Positions 42,758 to 51,963 of a stretch of DNA of 64,000 nt are shown one piece after another. The first letter of the stretch is position 1. Each line of letters opens with the position of its first letter. The notes beneath the pieces were generated by a model. The model had not been told where the DNA came from, made no database searches, and worked only from the letters and a program-made list of their open reading frames with translations. The translations under genes were made by a program, and so were the position numbers. Location of the stretch: the NCBI GenBank assembly GCA_963777285.1, contig CAVZPR010000002.1, positions 470,304-534,303 on the forward strand. Reading direction: 5' to 3'. The stretch is from Candidatus Dormiibacterota bacterium (GTDB lineage: Bacteria; Chloroflexota; Dormibacteria; Aeolococcales; Aeolococcaceae).

Positions 42758-43768
42758 ATGCGCAATCGCATCAGCCGGGCGAGGGGAAGGGCTCTGGCAG
42801 CCATGCTGGCGATCGGGGCGGCGGCGCTGGCGCTGACGCAGACGGCGCCGGCTTCAGCCTCGGGAATGCTGACGGGCGCGCTGCCGCGCATCCACGCGAT
42901 GCCCACGATCCACGATGCGCGGGTCCCGCTGAACAGCAACGGCGACTGCGTGCTCCCTGTAGTGATCTCGGTCACGTGCGTCGGCGTCGGGGTGCCGATG
43001 ACGTATGCAGGAGGCGCGATTCAGTCGAGCCCCGCCGTGTACATCGTCTTCTGGGGCTGGAACGGCAACGACCCCTCGGGCCAGGCCGCCTACCAGGAGA
43101 GGTTCTTCCAGGGCGCGGGCGGCAGCGCCTGGAACTCCAGCCAGACGCAGTACTGCGACAGCAGCGCTGACCCGGTGGGCCTCACCTGCGCAGCGGGCGC
43201 GACCCACGTGGGCAACCCGTCGGGCCTGCTCAAGGGAACCTGGAGCGACAACACGAACCCGGTCCCGGCCAATCCCACGGATGCGGACATCCAGGCGGAG
43301 GCGGTTCGCGCCGCGGCCAACTTCGGCAACACGGGCGCCGCGTCGAACGCCAACACCCAGTACATCATCGACACGCCGCAGGGCAACTCCACCAGCGGCT
43401 TCGCCACCTCATGGTGCGCCTACCACGGCAGCGCCTCGTCGAGCTACGGGGCTCTTTCCTACACCGATTTTCCGTACATCACGGATGCGGGCACCAGCTG
43501 CGGCGAGAACTTCGTCAACGCCGGCAGCGCGGGACTCCTCGACGGTGTGAGCATCGTCGGCGGCCACGAGTTCGCCGAGAGCGAGACGGACACCAACCCT
43601 CCGTCGGGCTGGACCGACATCGCGGGCGCCGAGACCGGTGACAAGTGCGCGTGGATCCAGGCGGGTCCGGGCGCGGCCGCCGACGTATCGCTGAGCACCG
43701 GCAGCTTTGCCGTCCAGTCCTTGTGGAGCAACGCCGCCAACGCGGGCGCGGGAGGCTGCGCGATCTAA
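42758..43768 (+). CDS. Secreted protein, Phi-1/EXORDIUM-like, with HExxExxTD motif
   Basis: AAGGAGG SD; signal peptide; YxGG, VYIVFWG, CAYHG, GHEFAESETD, ETGDKCAW, VQSLWSN. Confidence 0.72.
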   Translation: MRNRISRARGRALAAMLAIGAAALALTQTAPASASGMLTGALPRIHAMPTIHDARVPLNSNGDCVLPVVISVTCVGVGVPMTYAGGAIQSSPAVYIVFWGWNGNDPSGQAAYQERFFQGAGGSAWNSSQTQYCDSSADPVGLTCAAGATHVGNPSGLLKGTWSDNTNPVPANPTDADIQAEAVRAAANFGNTGAASNANTQYIIDTPQGNSTSGFATSWCAYHGSASSSYGALSYTDFPYITDAGTSCGENFVNAGSAGLLDGVSIVGGHEFAESETDTNPPSGWTDIAGAETGDKCAWIQAGPGAAADVSLSTGSFAVQSLWSNAANAGAGGCAI

Positions 43769-43777
43769 GGTAGGTGG

Positions 43778-44482
43778 GTGCCGCCTGACCCGAACGCCGG
43801 CGCGCCGGAGCCGCCGCCTCCCCCTCCACCGGGCGGGGTGCATGCGGCGCGCGGCCCGGCGCGGCGGCGCGGGCCGCGACCGCTCGCCATGCTGGCCACG
43901 GGTCTCATCGCCGGGATCCTCCTCGGTGGCGCCGCCGGCTTCTTCCTGTTCCACAGCAACCCAGCGACCCTGACCGCACCGCTGTCGACGCCGTCTGCTG
44001 CGGTGTCCCCGTCGCCGACGCCGCAGGCCACCCCCACGCCAAGCGCGACGCCGACGTCCACCACGGCGCCGGTGGCGCAGGGCGTGGTGCGCTGCCCGGT
44101 GGCGACACCTGCCGGACAGCACCCGCTGGGCACGCCCGGCCCGCCCGGCTCGGGCCAGCACGCGGTCGCCAGCCTCGACGTCTGCGGCGGAGGCAGCGCC
44201 ACCATCCCCTCGGGTACCGCGCGCTTCACCACCGCCGCGGATTGGGGGCTGGGCATCGCCGACAGCTGCCCGCAGGGTTCATCCGGTGAGGCAGGCGTGA
44301 ACGTCGTGCTGACCGTCAGCGAGGTGCTGCCCGGCGGCGGTCAGGGCCCCGACACGGCCACCGAGAACGGCGACTGGACCGACGGTGGCTCGACGCTCAT
44401 GGCGACCGGCGGCAACTATCAGCTGCAGGTGACCACGGTGTCGCCGGACTGCGTCTGGCATATCGCCATCTACCCCACCTGA
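43778..44482 (+). CDS. Hypothetical single-TM protein with Pro/Thr linker and extracellular beta domain
   Basis: Pro-rich N-terminus, TM helix, PT linker, paired Cys, terminal WHIAIY strand. Confidence 0.65.
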   Translation: MPPDPNAGAPEPPPPPPPGGVHAARGPARRRGPRPLAMLATGLIAGILLGGAAGFFLFHSNPATLTAPLSTPSAAVSPSPTPQATPTPSATPTSTTAPVAQGVVRCPVATPAGQHPLGTPGPPGSGQHAVASLDVCGGGSATIPSGTARFTTAADWGLGIADSCPQGSSGEAGVNVVLTVSEVLPGGGQGPDTATENGDWTDGGSTLMATGGNYQLQVTTVSPDCVWHIAIYPT

Positions 44483-44551
44483 GCGCCGCGTCGTGCAGAC
44501 CGGTCACGTATAGTCGGCCCACATCACGCAGGACGGACAGGAGATCAGCAC

Positions 44552-45346
44552 ATGACACCCGACGAGGTCAAGCAGTCGATCACCGGATGGTGCACCGGGG
44601 ATGACGGACTGGAGTTCATCGGTGACACCGCGGGTGCGGGCGACGGCGCGTACGGGGTCAGGGCCAGCGACGCATCCGGCCGTCCTGTCGATCTGCAGGT
44701 GGTGCAGGCGCCCGGCGCCGACCGCATCGCCATCCGCCACACGGCGTCGATAACGTCAGACGCGGCCGACCGCGCACGCACGCTCCTCGACGCTCGCCCC
44801 GGTTGGATCACATCCACCGTCGATCGCGCCGACACGGGGACGTCGGCCGTGGTCGAGACGTTCGTGTATCTCGACGGGCTGAACAAGCACACGTTCGTGC
44901 AGGCGGCGTCGGAGGTTGCGCATTCCGCCCGGCTGCTCAGCGGTCTCACGACGTCCGAGGCCGCCGCACAACCGGTTCCCGTGATGCAGCCGCAGGTGCA
45001 GCCGGAGCCGCAGGCGGCGCCGACGCCCGCATACCAGCCGCAGCCGCAGCCGCAGCCCATGCCCGCGCCGTCGTTCACCCCGCAGCCGCAACAGCAGTAC
45101 CAGCCGCAGCAGCAGTACCAACCGCAGCCGCAACCGCAGCCCGGCCAGTGGGTGCCCACCCACTCGGTGCCGCCGCAGGGGCTGCGCGCCTGGTCCGCGC
45201 CCGATCCTGCGGGTCCGGTGGTCGCCAACCTCGCACCGGGTCTGCCGATCCAGGTCGCCGAGGTGCGCGGCGCGTGGGCGCGCGTTGTGTGCAGCAACGG
45301 ATGGGTCGGCTGGATCGACGGCAGGCTCATCGGCGTCGCCGCCTGA
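44552..45346 (+). CDS. Protein with N-terminal YbjN-like domain, Gln/Pro linker and C-terminal SH3b domain
   Basis: AGGAG SD; WVPTH...LAPGLPIQVAEVRGAWARVVCSNGWVGWIDGRL SH3 pattern; YbjN call tentative. Confidence 0.72.
   Translation: MTPDEVKQSITGWCTGDDGLEFIGDTAGAGDGAYGVRASDASGRPVDLQVVQAPGADRIAIRHTASITSDAADRARTLLDARPGWITSTVDRADTGTSAVVETFVYLDGLNKHTFVQAASEVAHSARLLSGLTTSEAAAQPVPVMQPQVQPEPQAAPTPAYQPQPQPQPMPAPSFTPQPQQQYQPQQQYQPQPQPQPGQWVPTHSVPPQGLRAWSAPDPAGPVVANLAPGLPIQVAEVRGAWARVVCSNGWVGWIDGRLIGVAA
44986..45141 (+). repeat. Low-complexity CAGCCG (Gln-Pro) tandem repeats
   Basis: Runs of CAGCCG and CAGCAGTAC coding QPQPQP/QQQY. Confidence 0.8.
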
Positions 45347-45359
45347 CACAGGCGCGCCC

Positions 45360-46148
45360 GTGACGGTCGAGCCCGCGCACGTTCTCTATGACGTCGCCGG
45401 CTCGGTGGCGACGGTGACGCTCAACCGGCCGGAACAGCGTAACGCCGTCGGACCGCAGATGCTCCGCGACCTCATCGGAGCGTTCGCCGCGGCGCGCGAC
45501 GACGACGCCGTGCGCGTGGTCGTGCTCACCGGTGCGGGCGACAAGGCCTTCAGCGCCGGAGCAGACCTCGCCGGGTTCGCGGCCGACGCCAGCGAGATGG
45601 ACCGGCATCGCGAGCGAGGCCTGTTCGTGGAGCTCTTCCTCGACATGCGCCGCCTGGGGAAACCCATCGTGGGGTGCGTCAACGGCCACGCGCTCGCGGG
45701 CGGGTTCGGTCTCGCGCTCTCCTGCGACGTCCTGGTCGCGTCCGACACGGCGATGTTCGGGACTCCCGAGATTGGCGTCGGTGTGTGGCCGATGATGATC
45801 ATGTCGATCGTGGTGCGCAACATCGGTCCGAAGCGCGCCATGCAGCTCTTTCTCACCGGCGAGCGCATCGACGCGACGACGGCGTTGCAGTGGGGCTTCG
45901 TGAACCGAGTCGTTCCCGCGGCCGAGGCACGCGAGGCCGCCGCGCAGCTGGCGGCGCAGCTGGCGCGCTGGAGCCCGCTGGTGATGCGGCTGGGACGCGA
46001 TGCCTTCTATGACATCGACGGTCTCGACATCGAAGCGGCGCTGCGTCACCTGCAGTCGCAGCTCACCGTGGTCAGCCTGAGCGACGACTTTCGCGAGGGC
46101 GTCGCCGCCTTCTTGCAGAAGCGTGAGCCGGACTTCAGGGGACGCTGA
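45360..46148 (+). CDS. Enoyl-CoA hydratase/isomerase, methylglutaconyl-CoA hydratase-like
   Basis: TLNRPEQRNA, FSAGADL, GGFGLALSCD (first Glu absent), FGTPEIGVG. Confidence 0.88.
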   Translation: MTVEPAHVLYDVAGSVATVTLNRPEQRNAVGPQMLRDLIGAFAAARDDDAVRVVVLTGAGDKAFSAGADLAGFAADASEMDRHRERGLFVELFLDMRRLGKPIVGCVNGHALAGGFGLALSCDVLVASDTAMFGTPEIGVGVWPMMIMSIVVRNIGPKRAMQLFLTGERIDATTALQWGFVNRVVPAAEAREAAAQLAAQLARWSPLVMRLGRDAFYDIDGLDIEAALRHLQSQLTVVSLSDDFREGVAAFLQKREPDFRGR

Positions 46149-46155
46149 GGAGCGC

Positions 46156-47730
46156 GTGTCCGACGCCGCGCAGAACCCGGACATCGCGGCGCTGGCGTCC
46201 GACCTCGCTGAGCGGCGGCAGCGCGCGCTGGCCATGGGCGGCGAGGACCGCATCGCGCAGCAGCACGCCAAGCAGAAGCTGACCGCGCGAGAGCGCCTCG
46301 ACCTTCTGTACGACAGCGGCAGCTTCGTCGAGTTCGGGCTTCTGGCGCATCAGCACTCGATGACGGGCGGCGTGACGGAACCGGAGCGCACCCCCGCCGA
46401 CGGCGTCGTCACCGGGGAGGGGCTCGTCGACGGCAGGCGCGTGTACTGCGCCGCATACGACTTCACGGTCATGGCGGGCTCGATGGGGATGGTCGGCGAG
46501 CAGAAGGTTGCGCGGCTGCGCAAGCGCGCGCTGCTCAACCGGCTGCCGCTGGTGTGGCTGCTCGACAGCGCGGGAGCGCGGATACAGGAAGCCACGGGCA
46601 GCACGTTCGCGGGCAGCGGCGCGCTCTTCTACGAGCAGGTGCAGATGAGCGGCGTCGTGCCGCAGGTGGCGGCGATGCTCGGGCCCTGCGCCGCCGGCAC
46701 CGCGTACATCCCCGGGCTCGCCGACTTCGTGCCCATGGTGAAAGACACGAGCAGCATGGCGCTGGGAGGCGCGCGCCTCGTCAAGGCGGCGACCGGCGAG
46801 GAAACGACGGACCACGCCATGGGGGGCAGCCAGATCCACTGCTACATCAGCGGCGTGGGCGACCTCGAGGTTGCCGACGACCGGACGTGCATCGAAGCCG
46901 TGCGCCGCTTCCTCTCGTACCTTCCCTCCAACAACCGGGAGGCCCCGCCGCACGTCGCCAGCGACGACCCCCCGGGGCGGCGCATCGATGACATCGCCTC
47001 GCTGGTCCCCACCAACCCGCGCGCGGCGTACGACATGCGGCTCCTGCTGCGCAGGATCGCGGACGCGGGCAGCGTGTTCGAGATCAAGCCGACGTACGCG
47101 CGCAACATCGTGACCGCGTTTGCGCGCTTCGCCGGCCAGAGCACCGGCGTTGTCGCCAGCCAGCCGATGTTCAAGGGCGGTGCGCTGGACATCGATGCCG
47201 CCGACAAGGCCGCGCGGTTCATCACCCTATGCGACGCGTTCAACGTCCCGCTCCTGTTCCTGCAGGACGTCCCCGGCTTCATCGTGGGCACGGAGGTCGA
47301 GAAGCAGGGCATCATCCGCCACGGCGCCAAGATGCTGTACGCGGTGAGCGAGGCGACGGTGCCCAAGGTCACGGTCATCCTGCGCAAGGCGTACGGAGCC
47401 GGCTACTACGTCATGTGCGGTCGCGGATACGAACCCGACACGCTCGTCGCCTGGCCCAGCGCGGAGATCTCGGTCATGGGGCCCGAGGGCGCGGTGGACA
47501 TCATCTTCTCGAAGCAGATCGCCGCAGCCGACGACCCCGCCGCGGCGCGGGCGCAGTACGCCGCGACGGTGCGCAAGACGATCGATCCCTACGTCGCGGC
47601 CTCCTGGGCGATGGTCGACGACATCATCGACCCCGCGGACACGCGCCGCGTCATCGTCGACGCGCTGCGCAGCGCCGCGACCAAACACATGCGGCGTCCG
47701 TGGCGCAAGCACGGCGTGGCGCCGGTGTGA
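46156..47730 (+). CDS. Acyl-CoA carboxylase carboxyltransferase subunit (second paralog)
   Basis: QHAKQKLTARERL, DSAGARIQE, GPCAAGTAY, DVPGF, RKAYGAGYY, KHGVAPV. Confidence 0.92.
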   Translation: MSDAAQNPDIAALASDLAERRQRALAMGGEDRIAQQHAKQKLTARERLDLLYDSGSFVEFGLLAHQHSMTGGVTEPERTPADGVVTGEGLVDGRRVYCAAYDFTVMAGSMGMVGEQKVARLRKRALLNRLPLVWLLDSAGARIQEATGSTFAGSGALFYEQVQMSGVVPQVAAMLGPCAAGTAYIPGLADFVPMVKDTSSMALGGARLVKAATGEETTDHAMGGSQIHCYISGVGDLEVADDRTCIEAVRRFLSYLPSNNREAPPHVASDDPPGRRIDDIASLVPTNPRAAYDMRLLLRRIADAGSVFEIKPTYARNIVTAFARFAGQSTGVVASQPMFKGGALDIDAADKAARFITLCDAFNVPLLFLQDVPGFIVGTEVEKQGIIRHGAKMLYAVSEATVPKVTVILRKAYGAGYYVMCGRGYEPDTLVAWPSAEISVMGPEGAVDIIFSKQIAAADDPAAARAQYAATVRKTIDPYVAASWAMVDDIIDPADTRRVIVDALRSAATKHMRRPWRKHGVAPV

Positions 47731-47764
47731 GCCGCACGCAGACCATCACGCACCGAGGAGAGCG

Positions 47765-47977
47765 ATGACAGAGGTCAAGGCCGAGCTCGTCGGCAACCTG
47801 TGGAAGATCGTGGTCACGGTGGGGCAACAGGTCGCCGAGGACGAGACGCTGATGATCGTGGAGTTGATGAAGATGGAGATACCGGTGACGTCGCCGGTCT
47901 CCGGGACGGTGAGCGAGATCCGCGTCGCCGAGGGTGACGTGGTGCAGGAGGGACAGGTCCTCGCCGTCGTGACCTGA
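47765..47977 (+). CDS. Stand-alone biotin carboxyl carrier protein
   Basis: E(L)MKMEIPV biotinylation motif, 70 aa, GAGGAG SD. Confidence 0.9.
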   Translation: MTEVKAELVGNLWKIVVTVGQQVAEDETLMIVELMKMEIPVTSPVSGTVSEIRVAEGDVVQEGQVLAVVT

Positions 47978-48017
47978 CCGCCGCGAGCAGGCGCCGCGGC
48001 GCGCGTACGATGACCGC

Positions 48018-48785
48018 GTGCCCGACGTGCCACCAGACACGATCCGCATCGCCACGGCCGAGAACGTGTCGCTCGGCTTCTCCACCGCCGGGGTCGGCAG
48101 CCGCATGGCCGCGCAGTTGATCGACAACGTGTTCGCCGGATTCCTCGTGTTCGTGGCCCTGCTGGGCTACGCGGCGCTGGCGAGCACGGCCACGACCCTG
48201 CAGGGAGCTGCGTGGGCAGAGGGTGGAGCGATCGCCTTCGCGGTGTTCGTCTACTTCGGCTATTTCTTTGTCGCCGAAGCGGTGACCGGTGGACGCACAC
48301 CCGGCAAGAGCTCGCTGGGCCTCCGCGTGATGCGCGTTGACGGCTCGTCGCCGGACGTTGCGTCCATCGCCGTCCGTGACCTGGTGCGCGTCATCGACAT
48401 CACCGGGATCGGGCTGCTGGTCATGTTCTTCCACCCGCTCTCGCGCCGGCTCGGCGACCTCGCGGCCGGGACGGTGGTGGTGCGAGACCGCGCGCCGTTG
48501 ACGCTTGCGGCCGTGGCGGCGCCGCCGCCGGTGCTGCTGCGCACGCCCGATGCCGGTCCGCCGATCGAGGGCGTGGAGCGCCTGGGAAGCGCCGAACGCG
48601 ACGCGCTGCGCGTCTTCCTCTCGCGGCAGGGCTTGAGCCCCGAGCTGCGCGCGCGACTGGCGCACGAGATCGCCACCAGGCTCTGCGGGCGCCTGAAGCT
48701 GCCGCCGTCGGCGCCGGAGTGGCGTTGGCCGCCCGAGCTCCTCATCGAGCGGCTCTACCTGCAGTTGGAGCAGCGCCTGCGATGA
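48018..48785 (+). CDS. RDD family membrane protein
   Basis: AGVGSRMAAQLID, GRTPGK..LGLRV, RRLGDLAAGTVVV. Confidence 0.9.
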   Translation: MPDVPPDTIRIATAENVSLGFSTAGVGSRMAAQLIDNVFAGFLVFVALLGYAALASTATTLQGAAWAEGGAIAFAVFVYFGYFFVAEAVTGGRTPGKSSLGLRVMRVDGSSPDVASIAVRDLVRVIDITGIGLLVMFFHPLSRRLGDLAAGTVVVRDRAPLTLAAVAAPPPVLLRTPDAGPPIEGVERLGSAERDALRVFLSRQGLSPELRARLAHEIATRLCGRLKLPPSAPEWRWPPELLIERLYLQLEQRLR

Positions 48786-49774
48786 GCCTGGAACGTTTCA
48801 TCGCGGAACGCGCGTCGCGCTGGGCGGAGCTCGAGGCTGCGGTCAAGCGCGCGCGCCGCGGGCGCCTGCGCGCGCTTCCCGCGGAAGACCTGGAACGCTT
48901 TGGCATTCTGCTGCGCCACGCGGCGAGCGACCTGGCCATCGCGCGCCGCGACCATCCTGACGCAGCCATCACGGAATATCTCAACGCGCTGTGTTCCCGG
49001 GCACATCCGCTGCTCTACCGCGGCCGCCCCGCACGCCTGAGCGCGATACCGCGCTTCTACGCCGTGGGCATTCCGCGCGCCTTCCGCGCGGCGTGGCCGT
49101 GCATCGTCGCCAGCCTGCTGCTGCTGGCGCTCGGCTTCGTCGCGGGGTGGGCCGCGGTCGATCTGCGGCCGGACCTTCGCGCCGGCCTCGTGCCGCAGTC
49201 GCTGTTCGATCAGATGGCGCGCGGCAGCATTCAGGCGAACGTGCCGGATGCGCCCTTCGCTGCGTCCTTCATCATCCAGAACAACATCCGCGTCGCTCTC
49301 ATCTGTTTCGCCGGCGGCGTGTTCCTCGGTCTCCCCACAGCGTTCGTGCTGCTCAGCAACGGCTGGATGCTGGGGACAGTTGCTGCGGCGGTGCACCTCG
49401 GCGGATACGACCTGCAGTTCTGGGCCCTCATCGTCCCCCACGGAGTGATCGAGCTCAGCGTCATCGTGATCGCGGGTGGCACGGGCCTCATGCTGGGCAA
49501 CTCGATACTCCGGCCTGGGACGCTGCGCCGCGGGGACGCGCTCGCCGGCGCGGCACGCCGCGCCATCAGTCTCGCCGCCGGGGCGGCGTCGCTGCTGGTG
49601 ATCGCCGGGACGCTCGAGGCCTTCGCGTCACCCAGCTCACTGCCGGACGCCGCCAAGCTGGCGATCGGCGCATGCGCCGGCGTGTTGCTCTATTCGTGGC
49701 TGCTGCTCGCCGGCCGTGCGCACCGTGAGGAGCCCGGCTTCAGCATCGATCGCCCTGCAGAAGCAGCCGCGTAG
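48782..49774 (+). CDS. Stage II sporulation protein M (DUF95) family membrane protein
   Basis: ERFIAER...W.ELE, DLAIAR, NNIRVA, PHGVIEL, AGTLEAF; ATGA overlap with RDD. Confidence 0.88.
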   Translation: MSLERFIAERASRWAELEAAVKRARRGRLRALPAEDLERFGILLRHAASDLAIARRDHPDAAITEYLNALCSRAHPLLYRGRPARLSAIPRFYAVGIPRAFRAAWPCIVASLLLLALGFVAGWAAVDLRPDLRAGLVPQSLFDQMARGSIQANVPDAPFAASFIIQNNIRVALICFAGGVFLGLPTAFVLLSNGWMLGTVAAAVHLGGYDLQFWALIVPHGVIELSVIVIAGGTGLMLGNSILRPGTLRRGDALAGAARRAISLAAGAASLLVIAGTLEAFASPSSLPDAAKLAIGACAGVLLYSWLLLAGRAHREEPGFSIDRPAEAAA

Positions 49775-49784
49775 ACTGGATGTC

Positions 49785-50672
49785 ATGGAAGTCGTGCGCA
49801 TCACGCCACGCGGGTACTGCCACGGCGTGGTCGAAGCCATCCGCATCGCCAAGCGCGTGGGCGCGGAGCGCGCCGCCGCCGAGCCGGTGACGATGCTCGG
49901 ATACCTCGTGCACAACGAGCACGTCACGCGCGAGCTGGAGCAGAGCGGCGTCGCGCTGGTGGCCGAATCCGATCGCATGAAGGGCCTCGACAAGGTGCGC
50001 GAAGGCACCGTCATCTTCACCGCGCACGGCATATCGCCGGCGGTGGTGGAGGCCGCGCGCGCGCGCGGGCTCAACGTCGTCGACGCGACGTGCAGCGACG
50101 TCACCAGGACCCACGACCTCGTTCGCGACCTCGTCGAGCGCGGGCTGCACGTCGTCTACATCGGAAAGCGCGGTCACCCGGAGCCTGCCGGCGTGCTCGG
50201 CATCGCGCCGGAGCACATCACGCTGGTCGAAACGCTCGACGAGGTGGACGCGCTGTCCTTTCCCGAGGGCACGCGGCTGGGCGTCACCTGCCAGACCACG
50301 CTGAGCGTGTGGGACACGAAGGACATCATCGAGCGTGTCACGCACCGTTTCCCCGGCGCCGAGGTGCACAACGAGATCTGCCTGGCAACGCAGGAGCGCC
50401 AGGAGGCGGCGGTCCTGGCCGCCGAGGACGTCGACTGCGTGGTCGTGGTCGGCAGCGCGCGCAGCAGCAACAGCCAGCGCTTGGTGCAGGTGGTGCAGGA
50501 CAAGGCGCGCAAACCGGCGCACCTGGTTGACACTGCGGCGGACATCGACCCCGAATGGTTCCGCGGCATGAGCCGCATCGGGGTCACCGCCGGAGCGTCC
50601 ACGCCCACCCAGCTGACGCGCCAGGTGATCAGCGCCATCGAGGCGCTCCCCGACCCCGCCGCCGTCGCATGA
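49785..50672 (+). CDS. ispH: 4-hydroxy-3-methylbut-2-enyl diphosphate reductase
   Basis: PRGYCHGV, VHN, TAHG, DATCSDV, HPE, QTT, EICLATQERQ, SSNS, TAGASTP. Confidence 0.96.
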   Translation: MEVVRITPRGYCHGVVEAIRIAKRVGAERAAAEPVTMLGYLVHNEHVTRELEQSGVALVAESDRMKGLDKVREGTVIFTAHGISPAVVEAARARGLNVVDATCSDVTRTHDLVRDLVERGLHVVYIGKRGHPEPAGVLGIAPEHITLVETLDEVDALSFPEGTRLGVTCQTTLSVWDTKDIIERVTHRFPGAEVHNEICLATQERQEAAVLAAEDVDCVVVVGSARSSNSQRLVQVVQDKARKPAHLVDTAADIDPEWFRGMSRIGVTAGASTPTQLTRQVISAIEALPDPAAVA

Positions 50673-50673
50673 C

Positions 50674-51279
50674 GTGACGTACCAGGCGCCACCCCCGCAC
50701 CCCCCTCCTCCGCACCAGGCGCCGCCGGGTGCGGGATGGTATCCGCCGCCGTACGGCGCACCTCCGTACGCCATGTACGGATGGCCGCCGCCGGGTCCCG
50801 CGCCAGGGCTCCGCTACGCGAGCTTCTGGATGCGCTTCGTCGCGTACCTCATCGACTCGCTCATCACCACCGTGCCGGTGCTGGTCGCGGTGGTGCTCAT
50901 CGTGGCCGTCAGCCTGCCGTCGCTGCACTGCACGATCCTCACCACGAACGGTGTCGGCTACGAATCCTGCTCGGGCCTGGGTCAGCTGTTCGCAGCGACC
51001 GGTTTCGCGTTCCTCTTCAGCCTGCTCGTGCCTGCTGTGTACTTCACGGTGATGTGGTCATGGCAGGGGCAGTCGGTGGGCCAGAAGCTGTTCGGCCTGC
51101 ACGTCGTCGACGCCCGTACCGGGACGCGCATCTCCACGGGGCGCGCCCTGGGCCGCTTCGTGGGCCTGCTGATCAGCGCGGCTGTGCTGTACATCGGCCT
51201 GATCTGGGCGGCATTCGATCCTCAGGGGCAGGGCTGGCACGACAAGATGGCGTCGACGTTCGTGGTGCAGGCGCTCTGA
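50674..51279 (+). CDS. RDD family membrane protein with Pro-rich N-terminus
   Basis: YASFWMRFVAYLID, GQSVGQK, QGWHDKMAST. Confidence 0.9.
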   Translation: MTYQAPPPHPPPPHQAPPGAGWYPPPYGAPPYAMYGWPPPGPAPGLRYASFWMRFVAYLIDSLITTVPVLVAVVLIVAVSLPSLHCTILTTNGVGYESCSGLGQLFAATGFAFLFSLLVPAVYFTVMWSWQGQSVGQKLFGLHVVDARTGTRISTGRALGRFVGLLISAAVLYIGLIWAAFDPQGQGWHDKMASTFVVQAL

Positions 51280-51363
51280 GTCGCTGACCCTGGCGGACGC
51301 CCCGATTTCCTCGTAGACTGCGCGCGAAATCGCGCCGTCGCTGCGCGTCAGAGGAGTGAGCCC

Positions 51364-51960
51364 GTGGCCAGCATGCCGCCTCCCCCGAACCAGCCGCCGC
51401 CCCCGCCCTCGGGCACGCCCGCGGCGCAGCCGGGCCCGGCGGCGTACCCGCCCGCGCCGCAGCCGTACGCGCCATACCCGGCGCAGCCGTACGCCTACGG
51501 CGCGCGCATGCCCTTCAAGCGCAACGCGATGCTGATCGTGGCGCAGGTCCTCGCCATCCTGCAGGGAATCCTCGTCCTGCTCGCCGCTGCCGGCGCGATC
51601 CTTGTGGGCGTCGCCGCCAACGGGCTGCTCTCCGGCGTGAACCTGCACAACGTCAACGGCTACAACTTCGCCGGAGCGGCCACGGGCGTGTTCATCGGCG
51701 CCGGCGTCGTGCTCCTGATCATCGGCATCCTGGTGATCGTCGGCGGTGTTCGCGTCGGGCATCCGTCGCAGGTGGCCCGCTGGCTGCTGGCCGCCTGGGA
51801 GATCCTGGTGCTCCTGGGCACGCTGAACGGGCTTCGGGTGAACACCGGCAACGGCGTCGTCGGCTCGATCGTGGCGCTGGTGATCGAGGCGCTCATCCTT
51901 TACGGGCTGGTCATCGACCCGGCCACGTACCGAGCCTTCGCCCGCAAGAACCTGGGCTGA
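51364..51960 (+). CDS. Hypothetical 4-TM protein with Pro/Tyr-rich N-terminus
   Basis: Hydrophobic helices, GAGGAG SD. Confidence 0.7.
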   Translation: MASMPPPPNQPPPPPSGTPAAQPGPAAYPPAPQPYAPYPAQPYAYGARMPFKRNAMLIVAQVLAILQGILVLLAAAGAILVGVAANGLLSGVNLHNVNGYNFAGAATGVFIGAGVVLLIIGILVIVGGVRVGHPSQVARWLLAAWEILVLLGTLNGLRVNTGNGVVGSIVALVIEALILYGLVIDPATYRAFARKNLG

Positions 51961-51963
51961 ATC

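Noticed and set aside
44986-45141. CRISPR-like array
   Set aside because: In-frame codon repeats without unique spacers; no cas genes.
48782-49774. Evidence of sporulation from SpoIIM- and SpoIIIAA-like genes
   Set aside because: Both families are widespread in non-sporulators; the context is the MoxR cassette and Ycf45 type.
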